From sequence record PP400787: a DNA stretch of 64,000 nucleotides, one strand, 5' to 3'. Positions 1 to 10,249 of the stretch are shown piece by piece. The notes under the pieces are model-generated. The model ran no database searches. It was given only the letters and a program-made list of their open reading frames with translations, and was not told the origin of the DNA. This stretch comes from Escherichia phage FL23. Made by a program: the position numbers and the translations under genes. The stretch's first letter is position 1. Every line of letters starts with the position of its first letter.

Positions 1-82
1 AGAAGCTCCTGTAAAAATTGAAGTTTATATTGAAGACGGTTTAGTTGCTTCAGTTGCTGCTTTCATTTCATTCCGTAAATAA
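1..82 (+). CDS. 3' terminal fragment of an upstream plus-strand ORF, product unknown
   Basis: Open frame from position 2 to TAA 80-82 (...EAPVKIEVYIEDGLVASVAAFISFRK*), followed by hairpin 89-106; only 26 codons visible. Confidence 0.35.
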   Translation, partial: EAPVKIEVYIEDGLVASVAAFISFRK

Positions 83-88
83 AAATAT

Positions 89-106
89 GGGGACCGAAAG
101 GTCCCC
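89..106. terminator. Bidirectional intrinsic terminator hairpin (ggggacc-gaaa-ggtcccc) between converging genes
   Basis: Perfect 7-bp GC-rich stem with GAAA loop, A/T runs on both flanks, between plus-strand stop (82) and minus-strand stop of gene 54 (111). Confidence 0.6.
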
Positions 107-110
107 ATTG

Positions 111-1076
111 TTATATTGCTCCTAATATTTTACTTTGCGAATTGACAATTCCTGTCATGGTATTAATGTTTGAAATGCTTCCAGCAGTTCCCCCTAATCT
201 ACTGAGTCGTGAAAGCGAATTAGATAGTCCAGTAACGCCTCCGCTATTTCCGAGAACGCTTTGAATACCATTTATAGCAGCAGATTCAAGCCATTCAAGC
301 GCAGCTTGCCTATCAACTGCTCCAGCCTGCATCACTCTATACGCAAAAGTAACGTCAAATGTAGTTATTTGGTTATCTCCATCATATGATAACTCAGGAG
401 CGCTCACTGATATTGGAATGCATCCGGTGAACATCACCGCAGTATGAGGCAATCCATTACGAGAATGAAGATTAACTTGGATATCCGCCTCAACATCTTG
501 CGGCAGAGCACGCAATCCAGTTACTGGGTCTTGAACAGCATTAACCCAGTCTTGCATTGCACGATAGTTACAAGCTTCTGAATCCATTCTAAATGAAATA
601 ACCAAAGGGTCTAATTCTCTCCCAGTTATACGAATATTAGGGGAATTATAGTTCCAGTCAGTTTCATAAGATAATCTATTCTCTGGCATTTTTACAGAAT
701 ATATCATCAATCCAGATGAGTTATATGCCATGTTAAAGAAGTCAATTAAATATGTACCAACTGTAAATGAGCCTAATAAACTCTGGACAGTACGTTGACT
801 CATGGCACCAATAAGATATTTACTGACTCCTGATTTTCTTATTAGTTTTTGTGTGCCAGCTGTAATTAGCGTGGTAATTCCCTGATTAATATCACCTTGA
901 GTTAATCCTAACCAATTTGAATTTAGGCCCAAGTTATTATAAGAAAAGTTGCTAATTGAACTTATCAACGAAGAGCTTTTAGTTGATGGAGTTGTCGCAA
1001 AAACGCAGCTAAACATATTATTACGTTGGAAATCTGCGTTTATTGCTTGATTATTAAATTCCTCTAAAGAATACAT
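111..1076 (-). CDS. 54: Baseplate tail-tube initiator (gp54-like)
   Basis: 321-aa ORF; size and position match T4 gp54 next to gp48; ATG verified; TAATG overlap with gene 48. Confidence 0.8.
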   Translation of the reverse strand: MYSLEEFNNQAINADFQRNNMFSCVFATTPSTKSSSLISSISNFSYNNLGLNSNWLGLTQGDINQGITTLITAGTQKLIRKSGVSKYLIGAMSQRTVQSLLGSFTVGTYLIDFFNMAYNSSGLMIYSVKMPENRLSYETDWNYNSPNIRITGRELDPLVISFRMDSEACNYRAMQDWVNAVQDPVTGLRALPQDVEADIQVNLHSRNGLPHTAVMFTGCIPISVSAPELSYDGDNQITTFDVTFAYRVMQAGAVDRQAALEWLESAAINGIQSVLGNSGGVTGLSNSLSRLSRLGGTAGSISNINTMTGIVNSQSKILGAI

Positions 1077-2170
1077 TAAAAAGTCCCCGCATATAAAGAA
1101 GCACGGTTTAACGTGATAATTTCTCTCATAGTAATCTCGAGAGTAAATGTACTAGGGAGGTTTGGAGCAATAGCTAATCCGTTAAAGTTACCATTAGGTG
1201 TTTTATCAAATCTGATGCTCTGGATTTGGCATGGACCAAATATTTCCGTTTTTCCATCAAACTTAGATGTTGCACCAAAGTTTTTCACCATCCAAACTGT
1301 CGGGTTTGAAACTACTAGAACGTTGGTTAAACTCGATGTCATTTTCTCAAATAGTGTTTTATTTTTAGCTGCGTCTTCCGGAGATAAAGGTTCAATTAAC
1401 GTAGAACGATACCAATCATCTAAATACCCCTTTATTTCAGCAGCATATTGAGATTTACCCGTTTCACCATAAGAAAAATAGTTAAAATATTGATAGATAT
1501 TAATAATAGCCATTAAATCTTCTGTTGAACGTGGAGTCAAATCCCATGTAAACACTTTAGTTCTATTTTCAGCACCACCATACATACTTCTGGCTGTCGT
1601 ATAAATCTGTTCATTATTATCAGCCATTATACCTTGTGTTATACTTTCCAACGCCCCAAATACTGCAGTTGAAGCAATATTACTTAGCACACCAGTAGCA
1701 GTACCTCCGCCTCTACTGATGAGGCTTTCTTGAACATCATTAAATCTATGTGATGATGTATCAACATCAGATTTAGATCTCGGTAAAAGAATGTTTGCGA
1801 TAGGAGATTTACTTATTGTTCCTGAATTATTATTTGATATTAATCCATTTGATAGTTTTGATACTGTACTACTAATAGTGTTTCTAGCTGTACGTAAAAT
1901 ACTCGAAGATGAAGAAGAGTAGTTAGATCTCATCGATCTAAGACTTCCAGAATCCCTAGATGACATATTGTATGCAGTAAATAATAATCCATTCTTATAT
2001 AGATCTGTTACCTGGAAGTCCCCTGTAGTGTCATTACCACTAGCACGCCCAGTTGGAAACTGGGCTGTGTATGTTTTAGTTCCTACTTCTGATTTAGTGC
2101 TCTGTCCGGCTGAAATTTTCTCACCGGACTTTTTAATTAAATCAGCAGTTATTTCTTTAACAATTGCCAT
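1076..2170 (-). CDS. 48: Baseplate tail-tube cap (gp48-like)
   Basis: 364-aa ORF, same length as T4 gp48; synteny 29-48-54. Confidence 0.8.
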   Translation of the reverse strand: MAIVKEITADLIKKSGEKISAGQSTKSEVGTKTYTAQFPTGRASGNDTTGDFQVTDLYKNGLLFTAYNMSSRDSGSLRSMRSNYSSSSSSILRTARNTISSTVSKLSNGLISNNNSGTISKSPIANILLPRSKSDVDTSSHRFNDVQESLISRGGGTATGVLSNIASTAVFGALESITQGIMADNNEQIYTTARSMYGGAENRTKVFTWDLTPRSTEDLMAIINIYQYFNYFSYGETGKSQYAAEIKGYLDDWYRSTLIEPLSPEDAAKNKTLFEKMTSSLTNVLVVSNPTVWMVKNFGATSKFDGKTEIFGPCQIQSIRFDKTPNGNFNGLAIAPNLPSTFTLEITMREIITLNRASLYAGTF

Positions 2171-2178
2171 ATTATTCC

Positions 2179-3951
2179 TTAATTAACTCCAGTCGCATCA
2201 AATACACCAGGAGCAGTCGTGCTCGTTACGGGTGTCATATTATGAACGACAGTATTTTTCTTAATAACATTATTAGTATTATTGATTGAAGGAGATGCTT
2301 GTTGAACAGGAGCTTGCTGTGCTTTGTTCTTTTCAATCACCTGGACTTGTTTCGCTTCTGGTGATTTAGCAGAAGTTTCAGGTTTGGCATTAGGCTGATT
2401 TTTCTTGAGCTCTTGATAAGTAGCATCAATTTTAGAAAATCTAGCAGCAAGTTCTTTTTTAACTGCCGGTGAATTATTTAAATCCGGGTCATCCATCCGT
2501 TTTTTAAGGTCTTCATAGGCAGCTTCAACTGATTTAACCGTTGAGTCTTTACTCATATCAGCTGAATCGGCATATTGTTCAAAACGATTCATAGCAGCAC
2601 GAGCTTCATTAGCTTTCATTAAAGCAATTTTAGCTTCTTCCGGAGAAAGTTGCTTTAATTTTTCTTCTTCCTCTGCTCTCTCTTCATCAGTCGTTAGTGC
2701 TTCTTTATTATCAACACCACGAATCCAGTTAGATGCGCGAGTTTTCCAGTTCGCAATTTTGTCTAATCCTTTCGCTATAGGCCCAAGATCTCCGTTCATT
2801 CTTTTGTATTGATAATTTGCAACTTTTTCTTGATCTTCTTTGCTAAGAGAAGCATTTGTAGTATTTTGGAAATTTTCCAGTGCTCTTCCTTCTACTTCAT
2901 CAGCAGTGTCTTTCATGCCAGGAATGACTCGAAGAATTGCAGCAGATAATTTAGCCATACCTAATTGAATAAGCTCTCCTAAATTAAAAAGAACCTTTCC
3001 AAGCCCTTCTACAATAGCTACCGTCAAACCACCCCAATCTCCAGCTTCCCAGAACTTTTTAATTCCATCGATAGAACTAAAGATGCTCTGTAATAAAGGA
3101 CCCCATGTTCCGGTTTCGCTAGAGAATTTAGTAAAGTCAGTATTAAATAAATCCCAGGCTTTTGAAAATTTATCTGACCAATATTTAAAGTGAACCATCA
3201 GCAGATCTATTCCAACAACAACAGCCAATATCATTGCAGTCATTTTAGCAGCTTCAATAGCAGCACTGACGGTGTACTTAAATAACATGCTTGATATTTT
3301 ATCACTAATTGAAATGGATTTCTTAAATCCAAAATCAACAGTCTTTGTTAATTTATCTAAAGCTTGAGATAATTTTAAGTTAAATGCTTCTTTTTTCTGT
3401 TTTTCTTCTGGCGATTCTTGTTTGGGTTCAACTGGCCGAGGGGTAGGGAAAAAATCAGCGTCAGGATCATTATTAACTGCTTCAGGAGTCGGTAATAAAG
3501 GACCCACAGATTCGGCAGTATCATCCTCAACGACTTTAACAGGAATAGCGCTTTCAACAGTGGCTAAACTAGTTCCAGTCTGTTGAATTCCAGCTGTCTG
3601 GATTTTTTGCTCTAGTAAACTTGTTAATTTATCTAATTTGCTTCCGAGTGATTCACCGATTTCTTTATTAATATTGTTGCCAATTTCGACAGTTTCAGCA
3701 ATTAACTCAGAACCGGCAGTAGTATCACTCACTGCGCTTTCTACGTTACCAATTGCTCCAACTATTTCATTCGATTTTTCTTCGACAGTTTGAGCTATTA
3801 ATTCAGAAGCAGCTTGAGCATCATCCAATTTCGTAGATATATCATTAAGTCCAGATAAAGTGTTAGAAGCGGATTTAGCCGCTTCCTGTGTCGGTTTATT
3901 ATCTGAAATAACTTTTCTACGCATCGTTTGCATTTCTTGTGGCTTTTTCAT
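2179..3951 (-). CDS. 29: Tail length tape-measure protein (gp29-like)
   Basis: 590-aa ORF, same length as T4 gp29; coiled-coil-like central region; synteny. Confidence 0.8.
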   Translation of the reverse strand: MKKPQEMQTMRRKVISDNKPTQEAAKSASNTLSGLNDISTKLDDAQAASELIAQTVEEKSNEIVGAIGNVESAVSDTTAGSELIAETVEIGNNINKEIGESLGSKLDKLTSLLEQKIQTAGIQQTGTSLATVESAIPVKVVEDDTAESVGPLLPTPEAVNNDPDADFFPTPRPVEPKQESPEEKQKKEAFNLKLSQALDKLTKTVDFGFKKSISISDKISSMLFKYTVSAAIEAAKMTAMILAVVVGIDLLMVHFKYWSDKFSKAWDLFNTDFTKFSSETGTWGPLLQSIFSSIDGIKKFWEAGDWGGLTVAIVEGLGKVLFNLGELIQLGMAKLSAAILRVIPGMKDTADEVEGRALENFQNTTNASLSKEDQEKVANYQYKRMNGDLGPIAKGLDKIANWKTRASNWIRGVDNKEALTTDEERAEEEEKLKQLSPEEAKIALMKANEARAAMNRFEQYADSADMSKDSTVKSVEAAYEDLKKRMDDPDLNNSPAVKKELAARFSKIDATYQELKKNQPNAKPETSAKSPEAKQVQVIEKNKAQQAPVQQASPSINNTNNVIKKNTVVHNMTPVTSTTAPGVFDATGVN

Positions 3952-4481
3952 TCAAATAATCCAATAATATTGCCAATTCCAGTTATTGGACCATTAGGGC
4001 CAGGAATTGCTAAAGTTGTAAAAATATCATTTGCCCATTTTAAAACGAATGCTGGCATCTCAAGAAAATTAATTTCTTTAACTTCATCATTGACCTTAAG
4101 CAAGCATTTAGATAACATATCGCTCACCGTTAAAAATTGTTCAAATTTTCCAGGAGGTCTAAAATAAAATGTATTTCCTTGGTATTGAAATTCTAATCTT
4201 TGGCATACATAAACATCATTAATGTCATAAGTATAGCCATCTATTTCTTTACGAGATTTAATCTTTCCATTAAATTCCAATAAATGAATAGAAACGAAAT
4301 CAACTTCTGCCGGTGATAAATTCGGACAAATAGAATCAATAAGAAGTTTTAAATTTTCATCAGGACCTTTAACATCCTTTAAAATGTTATAATGTTTAAG
4401 ACCCATTTTAGGAATAGAAACTTCTTTATTACTTATTGGAAGAACTACTTTCTTCAGTGGTAGTATCAGATTTAAATTCAT
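3948..4481 (-). CDS. 28: Baseplate hub distal subunit (gp28-like)
   Basis: 177-aa ORF, same length as T4 gp28; synteny. Confidence 0.75.
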   Translation of the reverse strand: MNLNLILPLKKVVLPISNKEVSIPKMGLKHYNILKDVKGPDENLKLLIDSICPNLSPAEVDFVSIHLLEFNGKIKSRKEIDGYTYDINDVYVCQRLEFQYQGNTFYFRPPGKFEQFLTVSDMLSKCLLKVNDEVKEINFLEMPAFVLKWANDIFTTLAIPGPNGPITGIGNIIGLFE

Positions 4482-5601
4482 TTTTAACCTTAACTGGGTC
4501 TATTGTTTCCAGTTTCGTTGCATTAGTGAACATATATAGATGAGTTACTGAATTATTATTGGATAATTCATGGATAACTTCATCAACGTAAAATTCTGTT
4601 TTAAATTGGTTTTTACTATCATTAAAAATAATTTTAACACCAGGAGTCAAGTTAAAATTACCGACAGTAGAACATTTAGCATAGCCGTCATATTGTGCCA
4701 TAGTTTGAAGACGAATAGCTTCTTCATATCCATTCCTATAAGTCATTTCAGAATAAGCACCTGACCTTGACACCACAATAGAGTTTTCACCCTTTCCTGT
4801 AGTAATCATTGGCAGTGAAGAATCTAAAAATGAATGAGCATAGATAGTAGCATTTTTCATTGGGTCACGTTTGTGAGGATTCGATTTAGTCAACCAAACA
4901 AAATCATATGCTAATGGATATTTTAATTCTTGGACAAATTGACCTATTAAAGATGGCTCACCGGCAATCATTGGATATGGTTCTTGATTTATCATCATAT
5001 CATAGTCCATCATGTTAACTCCCATGATGTCTTGCCATACAAATACAAATTTGTCGCTTCCTACAGCTAGAGCAACTTCTCTTACATATGACAAATAATT
5101 TTCAAATGTACTAGTCCATGGAATATCAGGAACATAAGCATTTATAGCATTTATTGCTGGAGTTAATAATGTGCGGTCTTGATAAATGACGCCAAGCATT
5201 TCTTTTATAGATTCACCTGCATCAGGGAAAAATGGTCGACCAAATTTAAGATTTTCTATAGAATGAATAGTTCCCAATTCAATAGCAATGATGTTATCAC
5301 CTTTTGAATCTACTGACACAGAAAAATGCTTACATCCATAAATTCGTGTTTTAACATTATTAATATCATTTGCATTAGCTACAGAAATCTGAATTATTTC
5401 ATTTCCATCCATTTTTGTATGGATGTTTTTAGAATCATAAAACTGCAGCATTCCTTCATTTCGGCCATAAAGAGAATCCCGCATAGTTAATGTAGTAATA
5501 GTAGCAGCTAATTCAACAAATCTATTATTACTCCAAGCGTCGTAGCTATCAAATAATTTAACGCTGAGATTTGGATATCCGGGGCGTTGCAACATACTCA
5601 T
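4429..5601 (-). CDS. 27: Baseplate hub subunit (gp27-like)
   Basis: 390-aa ORF beginning [10 protein letters not shown]; size matches T4 gp27; synteny. Confidence 0.8.
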   Translation of the reverse strand: MSMLQRPGYPNLSVKLFDSYDAWSNNRFVELAATITTLTMRDSLYGRNEGMLQFYDSKNIHTKMDGNEIIQISVANANDINNVKTRIYGCKHFSVSVDSKGDNIIAIELGTIHSIENLKFGRPFFPDAGESIKEMLGVIYQDRTLLTPAINAINAYVPDIPWTSTFENYLSYVREVALAVGSDKFVFVWQDIMGVNMMDYDMMINQEPYPMIAGEPSLIGQFVQELKYPLAYDFVWLTKSNPHKRDPMKNATIYAHSFLDSSLPMITTGKGENSIVVSRSGAYSEMTYRNGYEEAIRLQTMAQYDGYAKCSTVGNFNLTPGVKIIFNDSKNQFKTEFYVDEVIHELSNNNSVTHLYMFTNATKLETIDPVKVKNEFKSDTTTEESSSSNK

Positions 5602-6350
5602 TATTGTTTATCCTTCTCAATCAGTTTTAATACGAATCCGCGCTCAGCAGGAATCATTTTCATTATTGAATTTAAGCTATAATTACTTTTTACGAGTGTG
5701 TGATTAATTTGATAAAAAGTAAATATCTCATCTGGGTTAACTAATAGCTTAAACACGTCTACTATATCAGTGTATTTTTTAATGTACTTATTACAGCATG
5801 ACATATGTAGAGTTAAATTAATAGGATTCATTGCATCGAGAATTTTTTCTAATGTTTCTATCTCGATGGCATCAACAAGTTCTATTTGACTGGACTCGCT
5901 AATTTCCTTCCAATCATACCAAATTTCATCTACTTGAACAGAATGAATATTTTCAGTAATCATCTTTGCTTTATTTTCATAAAACTCAGAAGGAAACTTT
6001 AATTTAATTTTAACATTAGCTACATCAAAAACAGGTTCCTTTAATTCTTTTTGATATATTTCAAATGGAACTGTCTTTTCTTTTTTACATTTTGGACATA
6101 CGAATGTGACTGGTACTTTAGTTTTACCTATTGACCCTACAAATACCTGCAAAAATATAAATGGTTGCCAAGTCTTCGGATAGTCTCCAAAATAATCATC
6201 AATTAAATCAGTAATTATTTCTTTTTGTTCTTGTGGTGACCGATGTTCTATATCGTTTCGAACTAACAAAAAATCTCGATAATCTTCTACCGTAAATGGT
6301 TTAAAACGATGAACACCATCTGGTAATTTACAACGAATAATGTTTGCCAT
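5601..6350 (-). CDS. 51: Baseplate hub assembly catalyst (gp51-like)
   Basis: 249-aa ORF, same length as T4 gp51; divergent from gene 26. Confidence 0.75.
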   Translation of the reverse strand: MANIIRCKLPDGVHRFKPFTVEDYRDFLLVRNDIEHRSPQEQKEIITDLIDDYFGDYPKTWQPFIFLQVFVGSIGKTKVPVTFVCPKCKKEKTVPFEIYQKELKEPVFDVANVKIKLKFPSEFYENKAKMITENIHSVQVDEIWYDWKEISESSQIELVDAIEIETLEKILDAMNPINLTLHMSCCNKYIKKYTDIVDVFKLLVNPDEIFTFYQINHTLVKSNYSLNSIMKMIPAERGFVLKLIEKDKQ

Positions 6351-6367
6351 AGATGCTCCTTTTATTC

Positions 6368-6379
6368 TATTTATAAATA
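6368..6379. promoter_or_regulatory. Overlapping divergent late promoters: TATAAATA on minus strand (6368-6375, gene 51) and on plus strand (6372-6379, gene 26)
   Basis: Sequence TATTTATAAATA in the 50-bp divergent intergenic region; each core lies 18-22 nt upstream of its ATG. Confidence 0.6.
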
Positions 6380-6400
6380 TGATAAATAAAGGAGCTAAAT

Positions 6401-7027
6401 ATGTATGAATACAAATTTGATGTGAGAGTTGGTTCTAAAATAATCAATTGTCGCGCATTCACGCTTAAAGAATATCTAGAACTTATTACTGCCAAAAATA
6501 ATGGTTCCGTAGAAGTAATTGTTAAAAAGCTAATCAAAGACTGCACAAATGCAAAAGATTTAAACCGTCAAGAATCAGAACTATTGTTAATTCATTTATG
6601 GGCACATTCTCTCGGTGAAGTTAATCACGAAAACTCCTGGAAGTGCACCTGTGGAACTGAAATACCAACCCATATAAATCTATTACATACACAAATAGAT
6701 GCACCAGAAGACCTCTGGTATACACTAGGTGACATTAAAATTAAATTCCGATACCCTAAAATTTTTGATGATAAAAATATAGCCCACATGATAGTATCAT
6801 GCATAGAAACGATTCATGCTAACGGGGAAAGCATTCCAGTTGAAGACTTAAATGAAAAAGAACTGGAAGATTTATACTCTATCATCACAGAGTCAGATAT
6901 TGTAGCTATAAAAGATATGCTTTTAAAGCCTACTGTTTATTTGGCTGTTCCAATTAAGTGTCCAGAGTGTGGAAAAACTCACGCTCATGTAATAAGAGGA
7001 CTCAAAGAATTCTTTGAGTTACTATAA
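6401..7027 (+). CDS. 26: Baseplate hub subunit (gp26-like)
   Basis: 208-aa ORF, same length as T4 gp26; synteny. Confidence 0.75.
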   Translation: MYEYKFDVRVGSKIINCRAFTLKEYLELITAKNNGSVEVIVKKLIKDCTNAKDLNRQESELLLIHLWAHSLGEVNHENSWKCTCGTEIPTHINLLHTQIDAPEDLWYTLGDIKIKFRYPKIFDDKNIAHMIVSCIETIHANGESIPVEDLNEKELEDLYSIITESDIVAIKDMLLKPTVYLAVPIKCPECGKTHAHVIRGLKEFFELL

Positions 7028-7425
7028 TGGCAAATATTAATAAGCTTTATTCTGACATCGACCCAGAAATGAAAATGGACTGGGACAAAGACGTTTCCAG
7101 ATCTCTTGGATTAAGGTCAATTAAAAATAGCCTTTTAGGAATTATTACAACCAGAAAAGGTTCAAGACCGTTTGACCCTGAATTTGGATGTGATTTATCA
7201 GATCAGCTTTTTGAAAATATGACTCCTCTTACTGCTGATACGGTTGAGCGTAACATCGAAAGCGCAGTAAGAAACTATGAGCCACGTATTGATAAATTAG
7301 CAGTTAATGTAATACCGGTTTATGATGATTATACTCTGATAGTAGAAATACGCTTTTCGGTCATCGATAACCCCGATGATATTGAGCAGATAAAACTGCA
7401 ATTGGCTTCCAGTAATAGGGTATAA
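7027..7425 (+). CDS. 25: Baseplate wedge subunit (gp25-like)
   Basis: 132-aa ORF, same length as T4 gp25; TAATG overlap with gene 26. Confidence 0.8.
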   Translation: MANINKLYSDIDPEMKMDWDKDVSRSLGLRSIKNSLLGIITTRKGSRPFDPEFGCDLSDQLFENMTPLTADTVERNIESAVRNYEPRIDKLAVNVIPVYDDYTLIVEIRFSVIDNPDDIEQIKLQLASSNRV

Positions 7426-7451
7426 TGCTTCACGTTAAAACGTGGTATAAT
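7424..7451 (+). promoter_or_regulatory. Middle-mode (MotA-dependent) promoter for uvsY
   Basis: MotA-box-like TGCTTCA at 7426-7432 and TATAAT at 7446-7451 (13-nt gap); perfect palindrome cacgttaaaacgtg (7431-7444) in between. Confidence 0.55.
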
Positions 7452-7491
7452 GAATCTAAGTCCATCCAATAACAATTGAATAGAGAACAAT

Positions 7492-7905
7492 ATGAGATTA
7501 GAAGATCTTCAAGAAGAATTGAAGAAAGATGTGTTTATAGATTCGACTAAATTACAGTATGAAGCAGCTAATAATGTGATGTTATATAGTAAATGGCTTA
7601 ATAAGCATTCAAGTATTAAAAAGGAAATGCTTAGAATTGATGCACAGAAAAAAGTTGCTCTTAAAGCAAGATTAGACTACTACTCGGGACGAGGAGATGG
7701 TGATGAATTTAGTATGGATCGTTATGAGAAGTCAGAAATGAAGACAGTTCTATCAGCTGATAAGGATGTTTTAAAGGTTGATACTTCATTACAATATTGG
7801 GGAATTTTATTAGATTTTTGTAGCGGAGCTCTTGATGCTATTAAATCACGTGGATTTGCTATTAAGCATATTCAAGACATGCGGGCATTTGAGGCTGGAA
7901 AATAA
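7492..7905 (+). CDS. uvsY: Recombination mediator UvsY
   Basis: 137-aa ORF, same length as T4 UvsY; synteny with gene 25 and uvsW. Confidence 0.85.
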   Translation: MRLEDLQEELKKDVFIDSTKLQYEAANNVMLYSKWLNKHSSIKKEMLRIDAQKKVALKARLDYYSGRGDGDEFSMDRYEKSEMKTVLSADKDVLKVDTSLQYWGILLDFCSGALDAIKSRGFAIKHIQDMRAFEAGK

Positions 7906-8132
7906 TGAGATATAGCATTGATGACGCTTTTAATTATGAAGAAGAATTTGAAACTGAGATTCAATTCTTAATGAAAAAGTATAATCTTAAGCGTCAGGAT
8001 ATTCGTATCCTGGCCGATCACCCGTGCGGTGAAGATGTCCTTTATATTAAAGGAAAATTTGCCGGATATCTTGATGAATATTTTTATTCTAAAGATATGG
8101 GCATTGATATGCATATGAGAGATATGGGGTAA
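7905..8132 (+). CDS. Small protein of unknown function (uvsY.-1 position)
   Basis: 75-aa ORF with ATGA-type coupling to uvsY. Confidence 0.55.
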   Translation: MRYSIDDAFNYEEEFETEIQFLMKKYNLKRQDIRILADHPCGEDVLYIKGKFAGYLDEYFYSKDMGIDMHMRDMG

Positions 8133-8134
8133 AT

Positions 8135-8227
8135 ATGACAAATTATAAAGAAGTATTTAGACTTTTAGCAGAAATGGAAGCATGTTTAAAGCGTGTACAA
8201 GAAATGCGTTTTAAGATGGGGTTATAA
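8135..8227 (+). CDS. Very small ORF (30 aa), uncertain
   Basis: ATG 8135 to TAA 8225-8227; weak RBS; overlaps downstream late promoter. Confidence 0.25.
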   Translation: MTNYKEVFRLLAEMEACLKRVQEMRFKMGL

Positions 8228-8230
8228 ATA
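8223..8230 (+). promoter_or_regulatory. Late promoter core TATAAATA upstream of the 55-aa Cys-containing ORF
   Basis: Exact TATAAATA 30 nt upstream of ATG 8260, followed by strong SD gaggag. Confidence 0.5.
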
Positions 8231-8259
8231 GATATATATATAATTCAGAGGAGACAATC

Positions 8260-8427
8260 ATGTCAGATAAGATTTGTGTTGTCTGTAAAACTCCAATCGA
8301 TTCTGCATTGGTTGTTGAAACAGACAAAGGTCCTGTACATCCTGGGCCTTGCTATAATTACATTAAAGAACTACCAGTTTCAGAAAGTTCGGAAGAACAA
8401 TTAAATGAAACACAACTTTTGCTATAG
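8260..8427 (+). CDS. Small Cys-containing protein (55 aa; uvsY.-2 position)
   Basis: ATG 8260 with SD gaggag; CxxC plus downstream Cys (MSDKICVVCKTP...GPCYNY). Confidence 0.5.
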   Translation: MSDKICVVCKTPIDSALVVETDKGPVHPGPCYNYIKELPVSESSEEQLNETQLLL

Positions 8428-8450
8428 TGTGACCTTTAGTCTATAGTTTT

Positions 8451-8480
8451 GGCCCTTCCTTTTTGGTTGGGCCTTTTTTA
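8451..8480 (+). terminator. Putative intrinsic terminator between converging small ORF and uvsW.1
   Basis: ggccc...gggcc stem followed by TTTTTTAATTT run. Confidence 0.4.
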
Positions 8481-8482
8481 AT

Positions 8483-8713
8483 TTAAAAGCTTTCTTCTAC
8501 TTCATCGTCTGAATCTTCTAATTCAGCTCTTTTTCCTGCCAAAGCATCTCTCACAGAGATGTCATCAGTATCTTTTAATTCAGTTTCTTTAACTCTTTTC
8601 TTATAATAAGCTTCAAGTTCTTCTAAACCTTCTAATGTTTGACAAGAGGCAATTTTACCCATAAATTCATCAATAGAAGCTTCATAAAGAAATTGTTTAA
8701 ATTCTAGTAACAT
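8483..8713 (-). CDS. uvsW.1: UvsW.1-like small acidic protein
   Basis: 76 aa from verified ATG (track ORF starts at an upstream TTG); located just downstream of uvsW as in T4. Confidence 0.65.
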   Translation of the reverse strand: MLLEFKQFLYEASIDEFMGKIASCQTLEGLEELEAYYKKRVKETELKDTDDISVRDALAGKRAELEDSDDEVEESF

Positions 8714-8738
8714 CTTTTTCTCCAAAGGGCCGAAGCCC

Positions 8739-10247
8739 TTATAAATTAACTGTTTTCATTACGTAATTAAATTTTTCATCTGCGTAGCGCTGAATACGAT
8801 CAATGCCGTGTTTTAAAAGATAGTTCAAATGAACGTATTTCTTTTTCGTATTAGCAGATTTTGGCTTGACGCCTGCGTCATCTATAAGATCCCAGACTGT
8901 TGCAATTGTTTTAGAACCATGTTTACGTAATACGCGACCTATTGTTTGCAATACAATAATTTTAGATTTAACACCGTGTGCTAAAACAACGTGATGCAGA
9001 TTTTTAACTGAAATACCAGTAGAAAATACACCATAACTAGCTACTATAATTATTCCTTTACCGTTTTCAGCTAAGGTTTTCATTATATTGCGGGTTTCGG
9101 TATCAACTTCCCCTGATACGTAATAAACTTTATCGTATTCATTTTTAATTAAATCGAAAATAGCTTTACCGTGCGATACGTGTTTAAACATGACAAAAGC
9201 GTTTTCATCTTTTTGTGCAAGCTTAATAGCCAATTTAGCGATCCATTTATTTCTTTTACTAAGCCCCGTAATAATTTTTATTTCTTCTTGATAAGTTTTT
9301 CCCTTTAATTTAGTAGTGAACTCATCGGGATAGCGAAGAAAAATACTATTAATTTTTAGCTCAGTTACTTGTCCATCTTCCATTAACTTAGAAGTCGTTA
9401 CTGGCTTAAATATTTCACCAAACATTCCAACATACTGCATGATATTGGCTTTGCCATCACGTAATGAACCAGACAAACCGAATTTGAACATGCAGTTATT
9501 TAAACCTGATATGATAGATGAAATACTTTTTCCTGTAGCAAGATGACATTCATCATTCATCATCATTCCAAACTGTGAGAACCATTCTTTCGGTTGTTTT
9601 ACTACAGTTTGCCATGTACCAACAACGACTGGTGCATCATTTTTATATTTATCATCTTTTGATGCTCCGCCACCAATTTTCTTTATCATTGCATGACTGA
9701 ATAAACGATAGTCAACGAAGTCATCAGCCATCTGAGTTGTCAGAGCAGTTGTTGGAACAATGATAAGAATTTTACCTTCATAATTTTCCAAATAATATCG
9801 CGCAAGCAAAGCTTGAATTAACGATTTACCAGCGGATGTTGGAAGATTAAGAATTCTACGACGATTAACTAATCCTTCGAACACTGCATCTTTTTGATAC
9901 CAGTGTGGTTCAATTCTTTTATTTCCTGAATAGATTTCTAATTTAGAAAGCCATTCATCAAAATCTTTTCTTGATAATTCTTCTTTTTCGTTAATTTGTG
10001 GGTCAATCCAGGCTTTATAGCCAAAGTTATCACAGAACTTTTTAATTTGCCCGACTAAGCCGAATGGAAGAAGACGATTATAATCTAACAGACGGATTCG
10101 TCCATCCCAGTTGCCATATCTGAAGCGAGGGTTAAATCTATATCCATCGGCCTCAAACGAAAAGAAATCTCTTAATTCGTGGAACGTGCTCTCTTCACAA
10201 TCGATGCGTACATGACTGAAGTCGTGAAAATGTACTTTAATATCCAT
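8739..10247 (-). CDS. uvsW: UvsW SF2 DNA/RNA helicase
   Basis: 502-aa ORF with Walker A (TSAGKS) and DECH box; size matches T4 UvsW. Confidence 0.85.
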   Translation of the reverse strand: MDIKVHFHDFSHVRIDCEESTFHELRDFFSFEADGYRFNPRFRYGNWDGRIRLLDYNRLLPFGLVGQIKKFCDNFGYKAWIDPQINEKEELSRKDFDEWLSKLEIYSGNKRIEPHWYQKDAVFEGLVNRRRILNLPTSAGKSLIQALLARYYLENYEGKILIIVPTTALTTQMADDFVDYRLFSHAMIKKIGGGASKDDKYKNDAPVVVGTWQTVVKQPKEWFSQFGMMMNDECHLATGKSISSIISGLNNCMFKFGLSGSLRDGKANIMQYVGMFGEIFKPVTTSKLMEDGQVTELKINSIFLRYPDEFTTKLKGKTYQEEIKIITGLSKRNKWIAKLAIKLAQKDENAFVMFKHVSHGKAIFDLIKNEYDKVYYVSGEVDTETRNIMKTLAENGKGIIIVASYGVFSTGISVKNLHHVVLAHGVKSKIIVLQTIGRVLRKHGSKTIATVWDLIDDAGVKPKSANTKKKYVHLNYLLKHGIDRIQRYADEKFNYVMKTVNL

Positions 10248-10249
10248 AA

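Noticed and set aside
1113-1451. 112-aa plus-strand ORF inside gene 48/54 region
   Set aside because: Lies antisense within confidently assigned structural genes, no RBS; typical shadow ORF.
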